Both the position numbers and the translations under genes were made by a program. The notes beneath the pieces are model-generated. The model did no database searches, was not told where the DNA came from, and worked only from the letters and a program-made list of their open reading frames with translations. DNA of 64,000 nt from NCBI GenBank assembly GCA_964188305.1, contig OZ076885.1. The stretch is one strand, 5' to 3'. Below, piece by piece: positions 11,269-24,509 of this stretch (the first letter of the stretch is position 1; the number at the start of each line of letters is the position of its first letter). Source of the stretch: Podarcis bocagei (lineage: Eukaryota).

Positions 11269-13629
11269 GCACTAGCAATTGCAACTACATTTCTCATATC
11301 CTTGTTCCTTGCGAAGACAGCCCGCAGCCATTATCAGATGCTATCAGTGCCCTTGTTCTGCTAGGTCTCCAATATCTTCCCCAGCCCATGCCTGTGTGCC
11401 CCTCTCGGCTGCTTCTAATGAATGGTAGTTCCTCAGTGCCAGGTGCCATTTCCCCTTATGCCCATTCATGGAATGTGCAGCATTGTACGGAAAAGTGGCA
11501 ACCGTCACTGGGCCGCCAACAGACACTGCAGACATTATCTACACATTTTTATTACTTTTATGCCACTTTTACTGTTCCAGCTCCCTTCAAAGAATCCTGT
11601 GAATCATAGCTTACTGGGGGTGCTGAAAATTTTATGTGAGAACTCCCCAAGCAGAACTATGGTTACCAGAGTTCTCTGGGCAAAGGGGTTGACTATTAAA
11701 TCTGTAATGTGAGCTGAGAGCAGCAAATGTGAAACTGGTGATAACTGGGGATGGGGGCGGGCGGGCGGGCGGGCCTGCCTACCTGAGCAATTTCATTACT
11801 ACTAATAAAATGGCAGATCCATCCAGGAATGCAGACACCAATACACATTTCACCAACACAGAGATAAACCCAGCCACCATCACAAAGTGGATTCCTACCT
11901 TAACACAGTTGTTCCTTTCAGTTTACAATAATGTGATTTAAAAACCATCAGTGCTTGGTCATTAGAATTAAACCAAAGGCAAGTATGTTTATATCTGTGG
12001 ATTTGCAGATTGATAACCTGATTCAGAATATATGAGCAGTCCCAGCAGCTAACCATTTTGCTTCTTATCTTTCCCATCCCTGTCCTCTCATCTTCCCTAA
12101 GTTGCTGTTCACACTCTTGCACAGAAATCTAAATAACTCGTTTTACAAAAAACAAAAACAGAGCTTGACTGAGTTGGCCTGTCCTTCCTTCCTCTGAATG
12201 GAAGTTAAAGGCCTGAAACGCTGGGTGGTTGTGCTTGTGCATTTGTCTTAACTCCTTGCGCTTCCCCGATTCAAAATGCGGACGCAGGCTGGTGCCCAGC
12301 GACAGCCCACTATGGTTTCCTATGAGAGACAAGTGGATCAATAATCAAACAAGCTGATCTTGTGTGGAGGGGGAGGGGGAAAGATCAGTGGTTTAGCAAG
12401 TTAACACCTTGTAACAGTAAGTTACCCAAAATACACCCAAAATATTCTTAAGAATGCCAAGGAGGCTTAAGGTCTGGAGTGAAAAAAATGTTCTGTTTGT
12501 TGCCTGACAAGTGACCCCTTGGGGATCAAAACACTTTTCAGTCTGGATATACGTTTAGTGTAGGGTAGATCTCTTCGGATGGCCTCCCTCTTCAACTTCA
12601 GGGATGGTCTCCTGCTGAGCAAGGGCCGTGCCATGTGCTTGCTGGGCTGAAAGGCATTTTTTGCTGCTCTCAATGTATGGGCCTCGGGAGGAGCCCTAGG
12701 ATGCCAATGCATATTATATCAGTCCAGAGGCAAAGCTCAGACACTGCTTTCCTCAAGTAGATTTGAGCTTGCTTCTTCAGAAGCTTATTTATCCAATCCT
12801 GAAAAAAGGCACATTGGGAATAAAACTAGCCTGCCTGAGAGTTGTTTTTGTGAGGTTACTGAGGTCTTCTCTCCCTGGAATGTAACTCTATGGCGAGAGA
12901 GGGAGGGAGGGGGGAAGCCAGAGGCAAATCCCATTGCTTTTCCATTGGTTGCTGCTGTTTGAAACGATTGGTCATTTGTGTGTTCCAGTGTCACCAGGAC
13001 TTCTGCAGAGCATAAGTTAAAGAGAGAAGAGGCTAGCTGCCAGCCAGAAGGTCAGAAACTCCAGTGTATGACTTGCAAACACAGCCAGGCAGAATATTCC
13101 TTTTACAGAAAGAATTCCAGTGTTTCAGCTTTAGAGAAGGACTCCCAGCGTCATCGTTGAGAAACGCCAGTGTCCAAGAAAGCTGCTTCGTTGGCTCTCT
13201 GGGTGCTGAGATCTCTTCCCAGCTAAACTGTATTTTGTAGTTCTGAGGTGCCCAAAGACATTGAACCCAGGCATGGCTCCAGTGTAGAACTTTCAAATCC
13301 AGTGTAAAAATGAGGAAAAAGAAGGGATGTCGATGTCTCTACAACAAGTAAGGCCTTTGGAGGACTGAATGACAAGCATCTGGCATGTCAAGGGGGAAAA
13401 AGATGCCTCAGTATTTCCATGTTTTGCTTGCTAGTGGCATCGTTCCCCCAAAGTTGTTTGGCACTCTAATGTTGATATTCCACCGCAGGGTGGGGTGGGG
13501 GAGAACCACACCAGCTGATGACAGAGGCAACAGGATAGGACTTGGGGGCTCATAGGAGGGAACATCCAGTCCAATGAGCCTTGTGGGCCCATTTCAGTTC
13601 CAGTCCAAGGGCAGTGGTGCTCCCGAGAC

Positions 13630-13716
13630 TCACTCACACAGCCAGTAGAATTGGAAGTAATAGTCAGTGAAGAGAGAGCCCATCTGCTCCACAGCAGTAC
13701 TGCAGTTTGCTTGGCC
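13630..13716 (-). CDS. MYRF: MYRF exon 27 coding part (stop TGA)
   Basis: GQANCSTAVEQMGSLFTDYYFQFYWLCE*; 87 nt. Confidence 0.94.
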   Translation of the reverse strand, partial: GQANCSTAVEQMGSLFTDYYFQFYWLCE

Positions 13717-13976
13717 CTGTGATGAAAGTGGGAGGAAGAAAAAGAAGGTTCAAGGGAACTGGAAACTGTCACAGAAGAACAAAGGTTAGCCAACAACAAC
13801 GAGAGGCATCTCCAAGGCCCTGTGTCTGGGTGCAAACACTCAGATATTTGGGTAAGGGGAGTTTGACTAAATTTTCTGACTCGGTCATCTTTTGATATAC
13901 CCCCCCCCCCCCGCTCTAAAGGATGAATCTAAAGGCTGTTACGTTGGGAGAGGATATTGCGGGTACTTATACTCAC

Positions 13977-14051
13977 AGGTTTAGCAAATCGGAAGTGATA
14001 GGTGAACTCTTGGAACGGCATCATCACCACAGGCCAATGGTATGTTACTCC
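13977..14051 (-). CDS. MYRF: MYRF exon 26
   Basis: GVTYHWPVVMMPFQEFTYHFRFAKP; 75 nt. Confidence 0.93.
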
Positions 14052-14450
14052 CTACGGAAGAAGTAGAAGAAACCATACCTGGGTTAAAAGGACCTCTTTC
14101 TCTGGCCTGTGATAGAGGGAGAGCTAATGGACCTTGCTCTCTGCCCCCCTCTTTGTAGTGGGAAATTGATGTGAGAGAAACAGGCAGCAAGATGCAGTAC
14201 TGCACTTACCACTGCCAGCGGCTGTGCCTCTCTTGTAGCCACGGGTTGGGTGGGCAGAGAATATGGGATGGGGATACACAGAATTAAGATCTTACTGAAC
14301 TGGAAAATGCAGTTTACTGAACCGTGAAGGTCAAACTACATATGACCTTAACTGTGTAGTTCGGCCCTTGTGTGGGCTTTTCCCCACAAAGAATGGTGGT
14401 AATCTGGGAAACCCAGCCAGATGGGTGGGGTATAAATAATATATTATTGT

Positions 14451-14494
14451 TACTACTACTACTACTACTACTACTACTACCACTACTACTACTA
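14451..14494. repeat. (ACT)n microsatellite at a LINE tail
   Basis: Direct reading. Confidence 0.9.
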
Positions 14495-15030
14495 GGTTCT
14501 ACACAGCGAGAGGGCTATTTCAGTTCTTTGCTCCCCATGCCAGCAATTGGGTGGAGGTGAAGACCTGCACTCAAGGGCATGACAGAACCATGCAGTTAAG
14601 GTCAAATGTCACTTGCCCCAGATTTGCTCTGAAAGAAGAGACAACACTTATTCTGAAAAACATGTGGTTAAAAATGTAGACCGTATGCCCAGCCAGCACT
14701 AAAAGCTGAACAAGCCAATGATGACCAGTTATGAAGATGGTTTACTTATGAATGTTTACACATTTTTATCTCCCAGGAAAGCCTCCACATACAACCTTGA
14801 CAGGTGTGCCTCTTTCTACCTCTCTCCTTTACAGCACAATACTATACATACAGAAGTTCAGTGAGCCTTACTCACAGTTCAGTGAGGATTGCAGCCTTAA
14901 AGAGGATCCAAAGGGCATTCACCCAACAGTGTGCAGAAACTAAATACACCAGTTTCCTTTTCTATTACGAGCAGCAACTTAGGGGTGCAACTGGCAAGCA
15001 CCTGCCAGCCATGATACTTTGTGGTCCTAC

Positions 15031-15136
15031 CTGGGTGCCTGCTGCATCAGAGAAGCTGTCCGCGTTCACAGTGTTGTGCTGACATGGGTTGCTGGAGGCG
15101 AAACCACAAAAATAGCCAGACACAGCAGAGGAGGCG
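15031..15136 (-). CDS. MYRF: MYRF exon 25
   Basis: NASSAVSGYFCGFASSNPCQHNTVNADSFSDAAGTQ; 106 nt. Confidence 0.88.
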
Positions 15137-16730
15137 CTGGGAGAGAGAGGAAAGGGCAGAGGAGGATGTTTAGTGGAGGCAAAAAGGTAAGCAGTTTTGA
15201 TACGCAACATTGTCACACCTTTAAAGACCCCCCCCCTTTTAATTGAGCATTCATCATAATTCATGCTCATTGTGCTATTGGAGTGGTTATACATGATTGC
15301 ACCTTCAATACCATTTGCGCCTGCAAAAAATTTGTGGCGGTCATACTGCTTCATTTACAATAGGTACATGCCCCGTAATTTCCTCCTAAAAATTCATACC
15401 ACGAAGGTACCAGTTTTACTTTTCTTTTTAAAAATCTCACTGTTGTTACCCTATAGTGCAGGCACCTCAAAACAACCAAAAGGCGGAACAATGTGCAGAT
15501 GGTTCAGTATAAATCTGCCACTAAAGGGCTAATAATATTGCCTTGCTGACATTTGCAGAATGCACTTACAAAAAAGGACTCACCAGTCTGGAGGGGACTT
15601 CTCAGTAACAGGAATGCCACAATTTCATCTTCTCTGATCTGTGCATTCCAGTTTTGTGAGCTACTTTCACCACTTTGCATATCCACCCACCAACCTACTC
15701 AAAGTAGCTCCTTCTCTTACTACTTCTATTTCAATATGTTTACAGAGGCTTGCAGTCTAAGTTAACTTAAAGAAATATATGGAAAGAACATTTCCAATTG
15801 CCTCCTTAATCACCCCTCTCTGTGGCCACCTGTGATGCCTGAAAAGCCTCTCTGGAGAGTGGGGAGGGGCTCCTGAATAATGTGCAGGAGCCCCACCCCC
15901 CTCAACTGGATCGTTGTTTTTTTCCAGGGAGCTGCAGGCAGGAGGAGAGAATGGGAGACCTTCCCTCCATGATAATCCAAATCATGACAGTCTGCAGCTG
16001 CACTTGGCAGCAGGCTACTTTGCATAGAGATGGTAGATTAAACTCCTGAAAGTCGACCCAGTACTTTCCCCCCTGGGTTACATGAAAGAGGTGGGGAGGA
16101 GGGTCAGGAGTGCACAAGCAAGCAGCAGTGGGACAAATCCCCTGGATCTCCTCTTGAGCTGTGTCCTGGCTGGAAGGAGTGGAGAGGCCAGCATAAGAGA
16201 GGATCCCCTTCGTTCAAGAGGATTTGCTCTCATCTTGCAAAGCTAAGTCAAGTGTGGGGAGGGAGAGGAGGATACCTGGAGAACAGAGTTCTCTCACAGG
16301 AAGCTGCCCCATACCCTATCAGACAGCTGGCCTATCTAGCTCAGCACTGTCTACACTGACTGGCAGCAGTTTGCCAGGGTTTCAGGCAGGGGTCTCCCTC
16401 TCTGTGTGCCCCACATGGGAATGCCAGGGACTGAACCTGGGAATTTCTGTATGCAAAGCATATCCCTCTGCCACTGAGCTAAAGCCCTTCTCCTTTCTCC
16501 TGCCTATGTCTTCAGGGCCGTGAAAGGCGTGAGAAGAAAGACACACAGCAGACAGAAGTTCCTTGCTTGTGGGCTCTTCTGCTTTCTCCACCTACAGTTC
16601 GGAGACCATGATGGAGTCCTTCTTGCTCACAACTCCCACCTGATATTCAGCTGGCTGCTGACCGTTGCAATGTCACTTGAGGCTGGACCCCTCCCCAGAG
16701 CCCCTTGTCTTCCCAGGAATTCTTACTCAC

Positions 16731-16805
16731 TTCATCTCCAGAGTAAGATTTGTGTTCACCGAAGTAAACTTGCTGATGGGGATGCGGTATGTGATGTTCC
16801 CACTC
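16731..16805 (-). CDS. MYRF: MYRF exon 24
   Basis: RSGNITYRIPISKFTSVNTNLTLEM; 75 nt. Confidence 0.92.
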
Positions 16806-17061
16806 CTATATGCAGAGACAGAAAACGGCAGCATAACATGTAGCAGCAGCCTCTAGTTGTGGAAGCTGTATCCCTCCCCATTGGAACCAGGCCATGCCGA
16901 CTCCTCTGCTGCACCTCCAGCTCACAATCCAATGCAATCCCTGGGGAGTTATATCATGCTGGACCCCGGCTGGTAGAACAGCCTTAGGCTGTGAAAGGCC
17001 ATTGTACCATCCAGCATTGTCCAGTATTGCTTGCTCTTGAGAGGGCAGGGACTCTCTAAAG

Positions 17062-17398
17062 CAGGGGTGGAGCACCTCTGACCTGGAGGCCACAAGCCAT
17101 TCTATCTGACCCCTGTGCCACATCCCTTTCTCCCCTGTTCATGCCCCTCACCAGTGCAACTCTGTACCCTCAGTGAGTGTTCACGCCTGCCTGGATTGTG
17201 TCCTTGAACTCTGATAAAAAATTTTAGTTGCCTGGAGGGAGGACAGAGGGGTGTGAGGGTGTGTGTGTGTGTGTGTAGAAACCAGCTTACTGTAGAAAGG
17301 AAACATTTACAATAGTTGTTCCACCTGCTTTTGCCTCTGGCAAAAGTGTGCTCAGAAGAGAAAGTGGCCCTGCGGCTGAGAAAGTTCCCCCACGCCCG
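17062..17398. mobile_element. Degraded hAT-type non-autonomous element
   Basis: CAGGGGTGG...CCCCACGCCCG ends; near-perfect 8-bp TSD CTCTAAAG/CTTTAAAG. Confidence 0.6.
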
Positions 17399-17840
17399 CT
17401 TTAAAGGTTTTAGGCAGAGTTTCTTCCTAGCCCTGCTAACAGAGACACCTTTAATTAGAAACACCAGAGATTTGAACCTGGGACCATTTGTATGAAAAGC
17501 AGGCGCACTACCAGCAAGATCCTATCTTCCCAGTAAATCCACAGTCTCTCTCTCACAGCAACTTGAGGATTCCGGTCAGCAGCATTCCACCTCAACGTGG
17601 CCTTCTGCCTGTGTCCAAACTTCCCCGCTGTTCCTTTACATGAACCCACATCCAATAATGATTCCATCACTAAACACAAAACCAGTTTACGCAAGTGGTC
17701 TTGGTGTGACAATAAAGATAATGCATGGGGAAATCCTGACTTGTTCATTTATCAGCTGCTTGCATTTCCCCCCTAGGAGAAGCCCAGTCTCCTGAGAACT
17801 TGGCCTAACAAAGGTTATGGCAGGACAGCACTTCACCCAC

Positions 17841-17928
17841 CTGCATTCATCTCCAGCAGCACAGGCCTGAGGCGTGATGACCACGTTGCTCTCTACAAGT
17901 GATATGGCCTGGAGAACAGGAGCTTTTC
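17841..17928 (-). CDS. MYRF: MYRF exon 23
   Basis: GKAPVLQAISLVESNVVITPQACAAGDEC; 88 nt. Confidence 0.88.
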
Positions 17929-18425
17929 CTGCAAGGGGGAAATCATCCATACAGGGAAGAAAGTTATTCTACACGGCAGGCAAAGCCAAGTCATGGGTGT
18001 TCGGAGAACCATCAGAGCTCCTAAGGCTATATAATACAGTCTTGTCCATCTGGTGCCCTCCAGTTGTTGCTGGGCTACAACTCCCACCATCCCTGACCAG
18101 CTGCTGGGGTTCCTGAGAACTGGGAGTCCAAGAACCTATGGAAGGCACCAGGCTAGGGAACAATGCTGGAAGGGATTTCTAAGGTCATGAAGTGGAGGCA
18201 AAGATGGCCACCAACCTGCGTGGCTTTAAAAGAGAATTAGACAAATTCATGGAGGACAGGGCTATTGATGTCTACTAGCCACGCTAGTTATGCTCTGCCT
18301 CCATGGTCAGAGGCAGTATCCCAGTTGCTGGAAACTGCAGGTGCAAAGTGTGCTGCTGTGCTCAGATCCTGTGTCAAGGTCTAAATATACAGCAAACAGT
18401 CACAAGGAAAAGAGGGGATGCTTAC

Positions 18426-18722
18426 CCTCCTGGCTGGTGCTTCCTGTGCTGGGCTCCTCGGAGTCCGATTGGCTGATGGTGCTGCGCCGCTGCCGTGTCT
18501 GCCCAGGGGAGAAGCTGTTGCGTGTTAGAGGGAGGTTGGAGATGTATTTGGACTTTCCTTGGATGTGGGTGAAGGGGGAGGATGGGCTGGCATTGGGGCT
18601 GCTGAAGCCCCGTGATCTCTCAGGGGTCTTTGGCCACTTTGTATGGGAAGTCACCTTGCCAGTGATTCCCCTCGATTTAGCTTTGATGTTGGTCACTGGC
18701 AGCAGTGACATGAGGCTTTGAT
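18426..18722 (-). CDS. MYRF: MYRF exon 22
   Basis: DQSLMSLLPVTNIKAKSRG...QGKSK...TRQRRS...TSQE; 297 nt. Confidence 0.9.
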
Positions 18723-19052
18723 CTGTGAAGGTAGAGCAATGAGAAAAGAATTATGGTTTGCACATTGAAATGGATGTGAGGGCAAGAATCCTCACTACTT
18801 TTTCTCCATACACCAAACTTATACCTACCCTCCCAACATTAAGTTATCATTGTACCTTATATGTTCAGGAAGTGCAAACTGCTGGAAACAATCCAATGCA
18901 AATCAGATAAAGGTATAGGAGTTAGTTAAACTTTCCATGTGGAAGCACGCAGGGGGAGGAAAGGGGACAGCATTCTGCCAGGCGAGCGGAAATGCCTTAT
19001 TGCTAAGCTGAATTCACAGCCCTCTGTGTGTTCAAGACAGAATAGGGTTTAC

Positions 19053-19226
19053 CTGTCCGGTTGTTGGTGGCTGGGGTGGTAGTCTCAGAAGCTGCATCAG
19101 AAGATACGTTGTTTGGAATGGTGTTCAGAAAAGGAGAACAGCACATGGAGAAACAAGGCGGGTCGAAGCAGACTAATATGCTATGGGCAGGCAAGTCATA
19201 GAGCGATTCAGGTACATGTGTTGTGG
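19053..19226 (-). CDS. MYRF: MYRF exon 21
   Basis: TTHVPESLYDLPAHSILVCFDPPCFSMCCSP...ATNNRT; C-x4-C-x3-CC cluster; 174 nt. Confidence 0.85.
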
Positions 19227-19675
19227 CTGTAGGAATAATAATAATGAAAAAATACCAGCACCAGTTCTATGTAGGTCAGAGTAAAATGGCAAAGAGACAG
19301 AGCAAGACACAACAACCTCCTGCATTGTAAGGCCTAGTTCATGCAACCACTTTGGGACTTATTTATTTCAATATGGGTCTTCTGCATGCACATGGACTGA
19401 GTTTGTCCATTAGCAGAGGGCATGTATTACATTGGCCCTCACCATTAATAGTGAGCAGAAGCTGCCCATGATGTGTAGTGCTGATTTTCTTTGAAAATGC
19501 AGCTTACTGCAGTAGGGCGACAGCTGCTTCTTGGGTGAAATGGCAGATCAACCTGCCCATCATGTGAACACACAAGAGGACCAGCCACGTTCCCCACAGC
19601 TGACTTTCCAGCTGAACACCTGACTGGCTTAGCCTGGGAGACGTTCTCACAGAGACAGCCACAACTGGTACCTAC

Positions 19676-19764
19676 CATGCTGTTTAAGGGAAGCATCATC
19701 AGGTGTGTTTGATGAGGCAGCAGTAGAAAACATAATCTGATTCTTATCAATGTTCTGACTGGAC
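19676..19764 (-). CDS. MYRF: MYRF exon 20
   Basis: SSQNIDKNQIMFSTAASSNTPDDASLKQH; 89 nt; phases 2-1 fit both neighbours. Confidence 0.8.
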
Positions 19765-21013
19765 CTAGAATGCAAGGGGGAGGGGAGATGTCACTTGAAG
19801 TCTTTACATATATATAGAAAAAATGGTATGTGTGCTAACAGAAAGAGATGGATTAATGAGGCAGCTGAACATCAAGGTTTGGAACGGAAGGGTGCAAACA
19901 GACTGTAGAAAGGAGGACAGGGAGGGGGAAAGCAAGACAGAAAGCAGGATGGGAAAAGGAGGACACCCTGACAAAGTGTCAATGGGTGAACAGATCAGGC
20001 AAAGCCTAAAATTGCTTCCAGGTATCCATTACAACCCTCCCGTCTCGACAGTCTACTCCAGGGATGGCAAATGCCAAAGGTGAGACGGAAAGAGAAGTTC
20101 AGAATCTGACAAATGGCTTCTGACCAGGGCCCTGATCTCTCTCAAGTCCATATTAATTGAAGAAGCACTATTTCCACTTGATGTGCCTATAGATGTCACC
20201 CCCCCCCCCACAGCTGTATCTATATGAAGTTGTAAACTGCATTCTGCAAGCGCAGAAATTCTTCCATCCACAACCTGAGGACTTATTCCCTATGCTGATG
20301 CACAGGAAAGAAAGCCTCAGGCCTTTCTTTTCCCTCACTGGTGAAGCAGGTTAGCTATCTGCTGCAGTGCTGGCTGCTATGTAGACTTCATGCTGTGAGA
20401 GTTCTGGGCAACAGCAGCAACAACAAAATTGTTTCCAGGGTGAGGGTGGGGTTGGGAAATGCCATTCAATTCCAATGAAATTTGAAAAGTGGGCTTACTT
20501 CTGATGAAACATGGTTAGGATGTAGATGTAGAAGAAAGGGCTTCTTCACCCAGCCCAGAGCTACACTCTGAAATCCATTACCAAAAGATGTAGTGACAGC
20601 CACCAACTTGCATGCTTTTAAAGGGGGATTAGACACATTTGTGGGGGATATCAGTGGCTATGTGCTACCTTCAGTGTCAGAGACAGTTGCTGGGTACCAC
20701 AAGTGTGGGAGTGCTGTTGCACTCAGGTCCTGCCTGTGGCACTTCTACTAGTTAGGCATCTGGTTAGCCCCTGTGAGAACCAAATGCTGGACTAGATAGG
20801 TCTTCCACTTGCTCCAGCTGAGCTCTTACATTCTCTCTCTCTGTCTGTCTGTCTCCCTGCTCTGTTTAGGAGGAGGAGTACTAAAATATAGGCAGCTTTA
20901 AAAAGAAAAAGAAAAACACAGAAGATGAAGAGTGGGTGGCATGGAAACACAAGTCATCATCAGAAAGGATGCAGCATTTACATCAACAGTATACAGAAAA
21001 AGAAGGACCATAC

Positions 21014-21094
21014 CGTGGACACAGGGCAACTGGGATGCCAGGACCTCTGTGCCGAAAGAGAGCCAGGAGGCAAGTGGTCGGCACAGCAAAAGAA
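21014..21094 (-). CDS. MYRF: MYRF exon 19 (symmetric, skippable)
   Basis: SFAVPTTCLLALFRHRGPGIPVALCP; 81 nt, phase 2-2; resembles the mammalian SFAVSTSCLLALL segment as I recall it. Confidence 0.88.
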
Positions 21095-22387
21095 CTGCAA
21101 GGCAACAGGAAAACAAAGGGGGGAGGGATGAAAGGCACAGACAACAAAAGTCACAAGGAGGGGTGATTTGGATGAGGAGGAAGGGTGGGCAGAGAAAAGA
21201 GGTGGGGAGAGAAATAAATGGAAAGAAAGGAAAACAAGTAGAAAAGGGAAAGAGAAAGATCAATCAATTATTTAGGAATAAGTATTCCTACAGTGGTGTG
21301 AACCATCTAAAACTTCTGAGTATGCACAGACAAAGAAGCTTGGAATGCTTATTCCCTATGGGCCGATTTCAATGCCATGCTATGGTGAATGTCCAGTCAT
21401 CGCAATCACTGCAGCTTGTCGGACAGAACAATCCCCTTCTCCTCCTTTAGCACTGTTCTGGGGGGTTCTCCCAATCCCCCCAGAGCCAGTTTTGGGGGTC
21501 CAGCCAACCTTGTTGTGCAAGCAGACACCCTCACATAAGGCTTGTGCTGATGGGACTCACTGGTGAATCCCACCCCAAGACTCTGACCTTCAGTTACTGT
21601 AAATTAGCCAACACATATTTGGAGTCATGCATCTCTATATATTTCTGTATTTCTGTGTATTCACCATGCAGATCTGGCATAGAATCTGACTTCCTGGGAA
21701 TCCCTCAATTCATGCCAGTAAGTTGTGGTTATGGGAGAGCCAGTGCCATTTAGTGGATAGAGTGTCAGACTAGGACCTGGGAGACCAGGGTTCAAATGTC
21801 CACTCAGCCAGAAAACTCATTGGGGGTTCTCCCCACCCTCCCAAGTGGATCTTGAGGGGCATGGGGGAGTGCAAGCGGGGAAAAGTCTCATTGCACTGCT
21901 GGGGGGTCCTTGCCCTGGCTTCTGTTAGTAGAATGGGGTAGCTGAAACCAGTCCTAAATAAAGAGATTTCCCTTAGGGACAATAAATAAAGAAATTCCCT
22001 CTGGGGCCACATCCATAAATCACAATAAATAAAAAATTTCCTCAGGGACTATATTTCCAAGAAACAGCTTTGATGTATTCCGTTTCACTCATCTCCTGGG
22101 CAGTGTTTATTATAAGGTGCTCCTTTTCTTTACCAAGCTGACAGCCCCAAACCCCAGCTGTATTAGAGATTCTTTAAGACACCCTCCCCCCTCTAGATAA
22201 CATATCTGGTCTTCTCAACACCTTCTTACACTCTTTTCCATATCTGATTTTCTAGCGCTCTTCTGGTTTGAAGGTTTCTTTCATGATTGTGCGCTTTCCT
22301 ACTTAGGGTTTCGAAAGGAAGATGCATTTCCTTCTGAGGAAGCAAGTAACCAAAGGAGGAATGGGGGCAGCAAAAGGAGCTACATAC

Positions 22388-22456
22388 CCTTCTATATCCA
22401 CAACGTCTTCCTCATTGCGGTAGCTCAGCACATAGAGGGTAGACATGGATATCACG
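22388..22456 (-). CDS. MYRF: MYRF exon 18
   Basis: SVISMSTLYVLSYRNEEDVVDIEG; 69 nt; donor gtatgt. Confidence 0.92.
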
Positions 22457-23377
22457 CTGCGAAAGAGAAGAGAAACGGAGCCTTTGGAAACATAAACTTT
22501 CAATATTTCAGGGAGGAAAAGGAAGTTGCCTCCAAACAGGTCAGCCTTTGTGTGTATGATTAACTCAAGTCCAGGGAAATCTTTACTCCACAGGACATCA
22601 AAGAGTACATATACTCAGTGGCATACCTCGCCAACTCAGTTTGAAAGTAAAATATGGTTAGAAAGGGCACTTGCCTAAGAACAACCACCCAGAAGTGCAA
22701 TTTGATTTGAAATCATATTTATTACAAGTGGACTCTGGTAGCCAGGAATCCATAGTAAAAAACAAAACAAAACAAAAAACAATACCAGGAAACACATCAG
22801 ATCAGTTTCTGCATGACATCCCATGGCTGCCTATCTAACATACAGGATTTGCCAACTAAAAGAGGAGACACCAGAACTCCAAATTTCCAACAAAGCCGCT
22901 TTCTAGTCTTAAAAAAAAACCAAAAACAGGTTTCTAGTTCTCCTTATTGCTGCGATTATTTTGGAAAATGTGGTGGCAAACCTCACCCCCTGAAAAGGTG
23001 GGAGGAGGGAGGGAAAATAAATTTTAAAAGTCCAGGTTCTTCAACTTTACTGCAAAGTGATTCACTTAATTTTCTTCTGATTTCAGGACAATAACTGTAG
23101 TTGCCATCAGTGCAGTTGTAGCAACCAGCAATACACTGGACAGGCTCAGCCGTGTTCATGAAAATTATATCCACACATTTGTCACATGCAACCTAAAATA
23201 GGTGGATTTTATGACTGAGGTACATTTCACTGTGATTCTATGGCAACAATCAAGAGACAAGAGCACAGTGCTAAGAAGAAAGCACTCATCGCTTCACCTT
23301 CATTTGGGATGAAACTGGCCCACCCCTAGATAAGCATAACCAGATAAGCATTCACTCACAGGCCAGAACCCCCCCCT

Positions 23378-23640
23378 AACAACAACAACAACAACAACAA
23401 CAATATTAATTTATTACTTATACCCCACTCATCTGGCTGGGCCTCCCCAGCCACTCTGGGCAGCTTCCAATAGGATATTAAAAACACAACAAAACATCAA
23501 ACATTAAAAACTTCCCTAAACAAGGCTGCCTTCAGGTGTCTTCTAAAAGTCAGATAGTTGTTCATTGCCTTGACATCTGGTGGGAGGGCATTCCACAGGG
23601 CGGGCACCACTATCAAGAAGGCCCTCTTCCTGGTTCAAAT
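23378..23640 (-). mobile_element. L2-clade LINE 3' fragment
   Basis: Reverse-complement match to 9895-10128, with an (AAC)n-derived tail. Confidence 0.78.
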
Positions 23641-23702
23641 TCTCAGTTCTGTGCACCACTCATCTGCTGAGTGTGAAATAGCCCAGGTGTGCAGACACCA
23701 AC

Positions 23703-23791
23703 CTGAATGCCATGATGATCACCAGGGCAATGATGGTGCCTTGAAGGAAACGTTGGCTGATGCACGCTTGGTCCGTGACCACAGAAGGGGA
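23703..23791 (-). CDS. MYRF: MYRF exon 17 (start of TM helix)
   Basis: [29 protein letters not shown]; 89 nt. Confidence 0.94.
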
Positions 23792-24509
23792 CTGCACAAG
23801 ACAAAGGGGAGGGAAAGAGAACCACCAGAAATTTCATCAGAAAGTTATCCCTGTATTCCTGTTCTGATCTTTCTGTGTCGTTCTTTTGGGGATAGCAGGC
23901 TGTAATGTGCCCCTTCCTCACTGACCCTCACCCACCCTCCCCAAGAAAGAGCCAAGATGTCTGAGGAGGCTTTGGTACCACATTTCAGAAGGCTACTAAA
24001 TAAAGGAAATAAAGGAGAACCCTGAGTTGGTGAAGGAATTATGAAATGCAATGAAAATGCAGACTTTTTGAAGAGGAAACAGAACACAAATTATTCACAA
24101 GGGAAGGTTGCTGGATGAAGCAGGAATGCAAGAGTCAGCTCAGACACCAGGAAATCAGATCAAGGAATGCATCATGTATACAAAAATAGTTCTCAGCCCA
24201 CAGAGACCATAAATATCACTGTGCAAGCGTTTTCAATTTGTATGTGCTAACGTTCACCCAACACCTTAACAAGCAGCCTCAGCGAACACAACTTGGCTTG
24301 TGGGACTCAAAGGCAAACATTCGATTCCATCTGCACACCATGATGGTGAGGTGCTGCACAATCAAGAGCCCCAAACCCAGCCTACAGAATCAGCAGCTGC
24401 GTCTTCTTTCAAGTGACAGAACCAGCTTCAACAACACAAATGTGCCTCATGCACATGAGCAATCACAGCTCATATTACAACATGTGTCTCCCTTACAAAG
24501 GCTTCTTAC

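Noticed and set aside
20932-21450. 172-aa Lys/Arg/Gly-rich plus-strand ORF
   Set aside because: Antisense by-product of the long pyrimidine tract upstream of MYRF exon 19.
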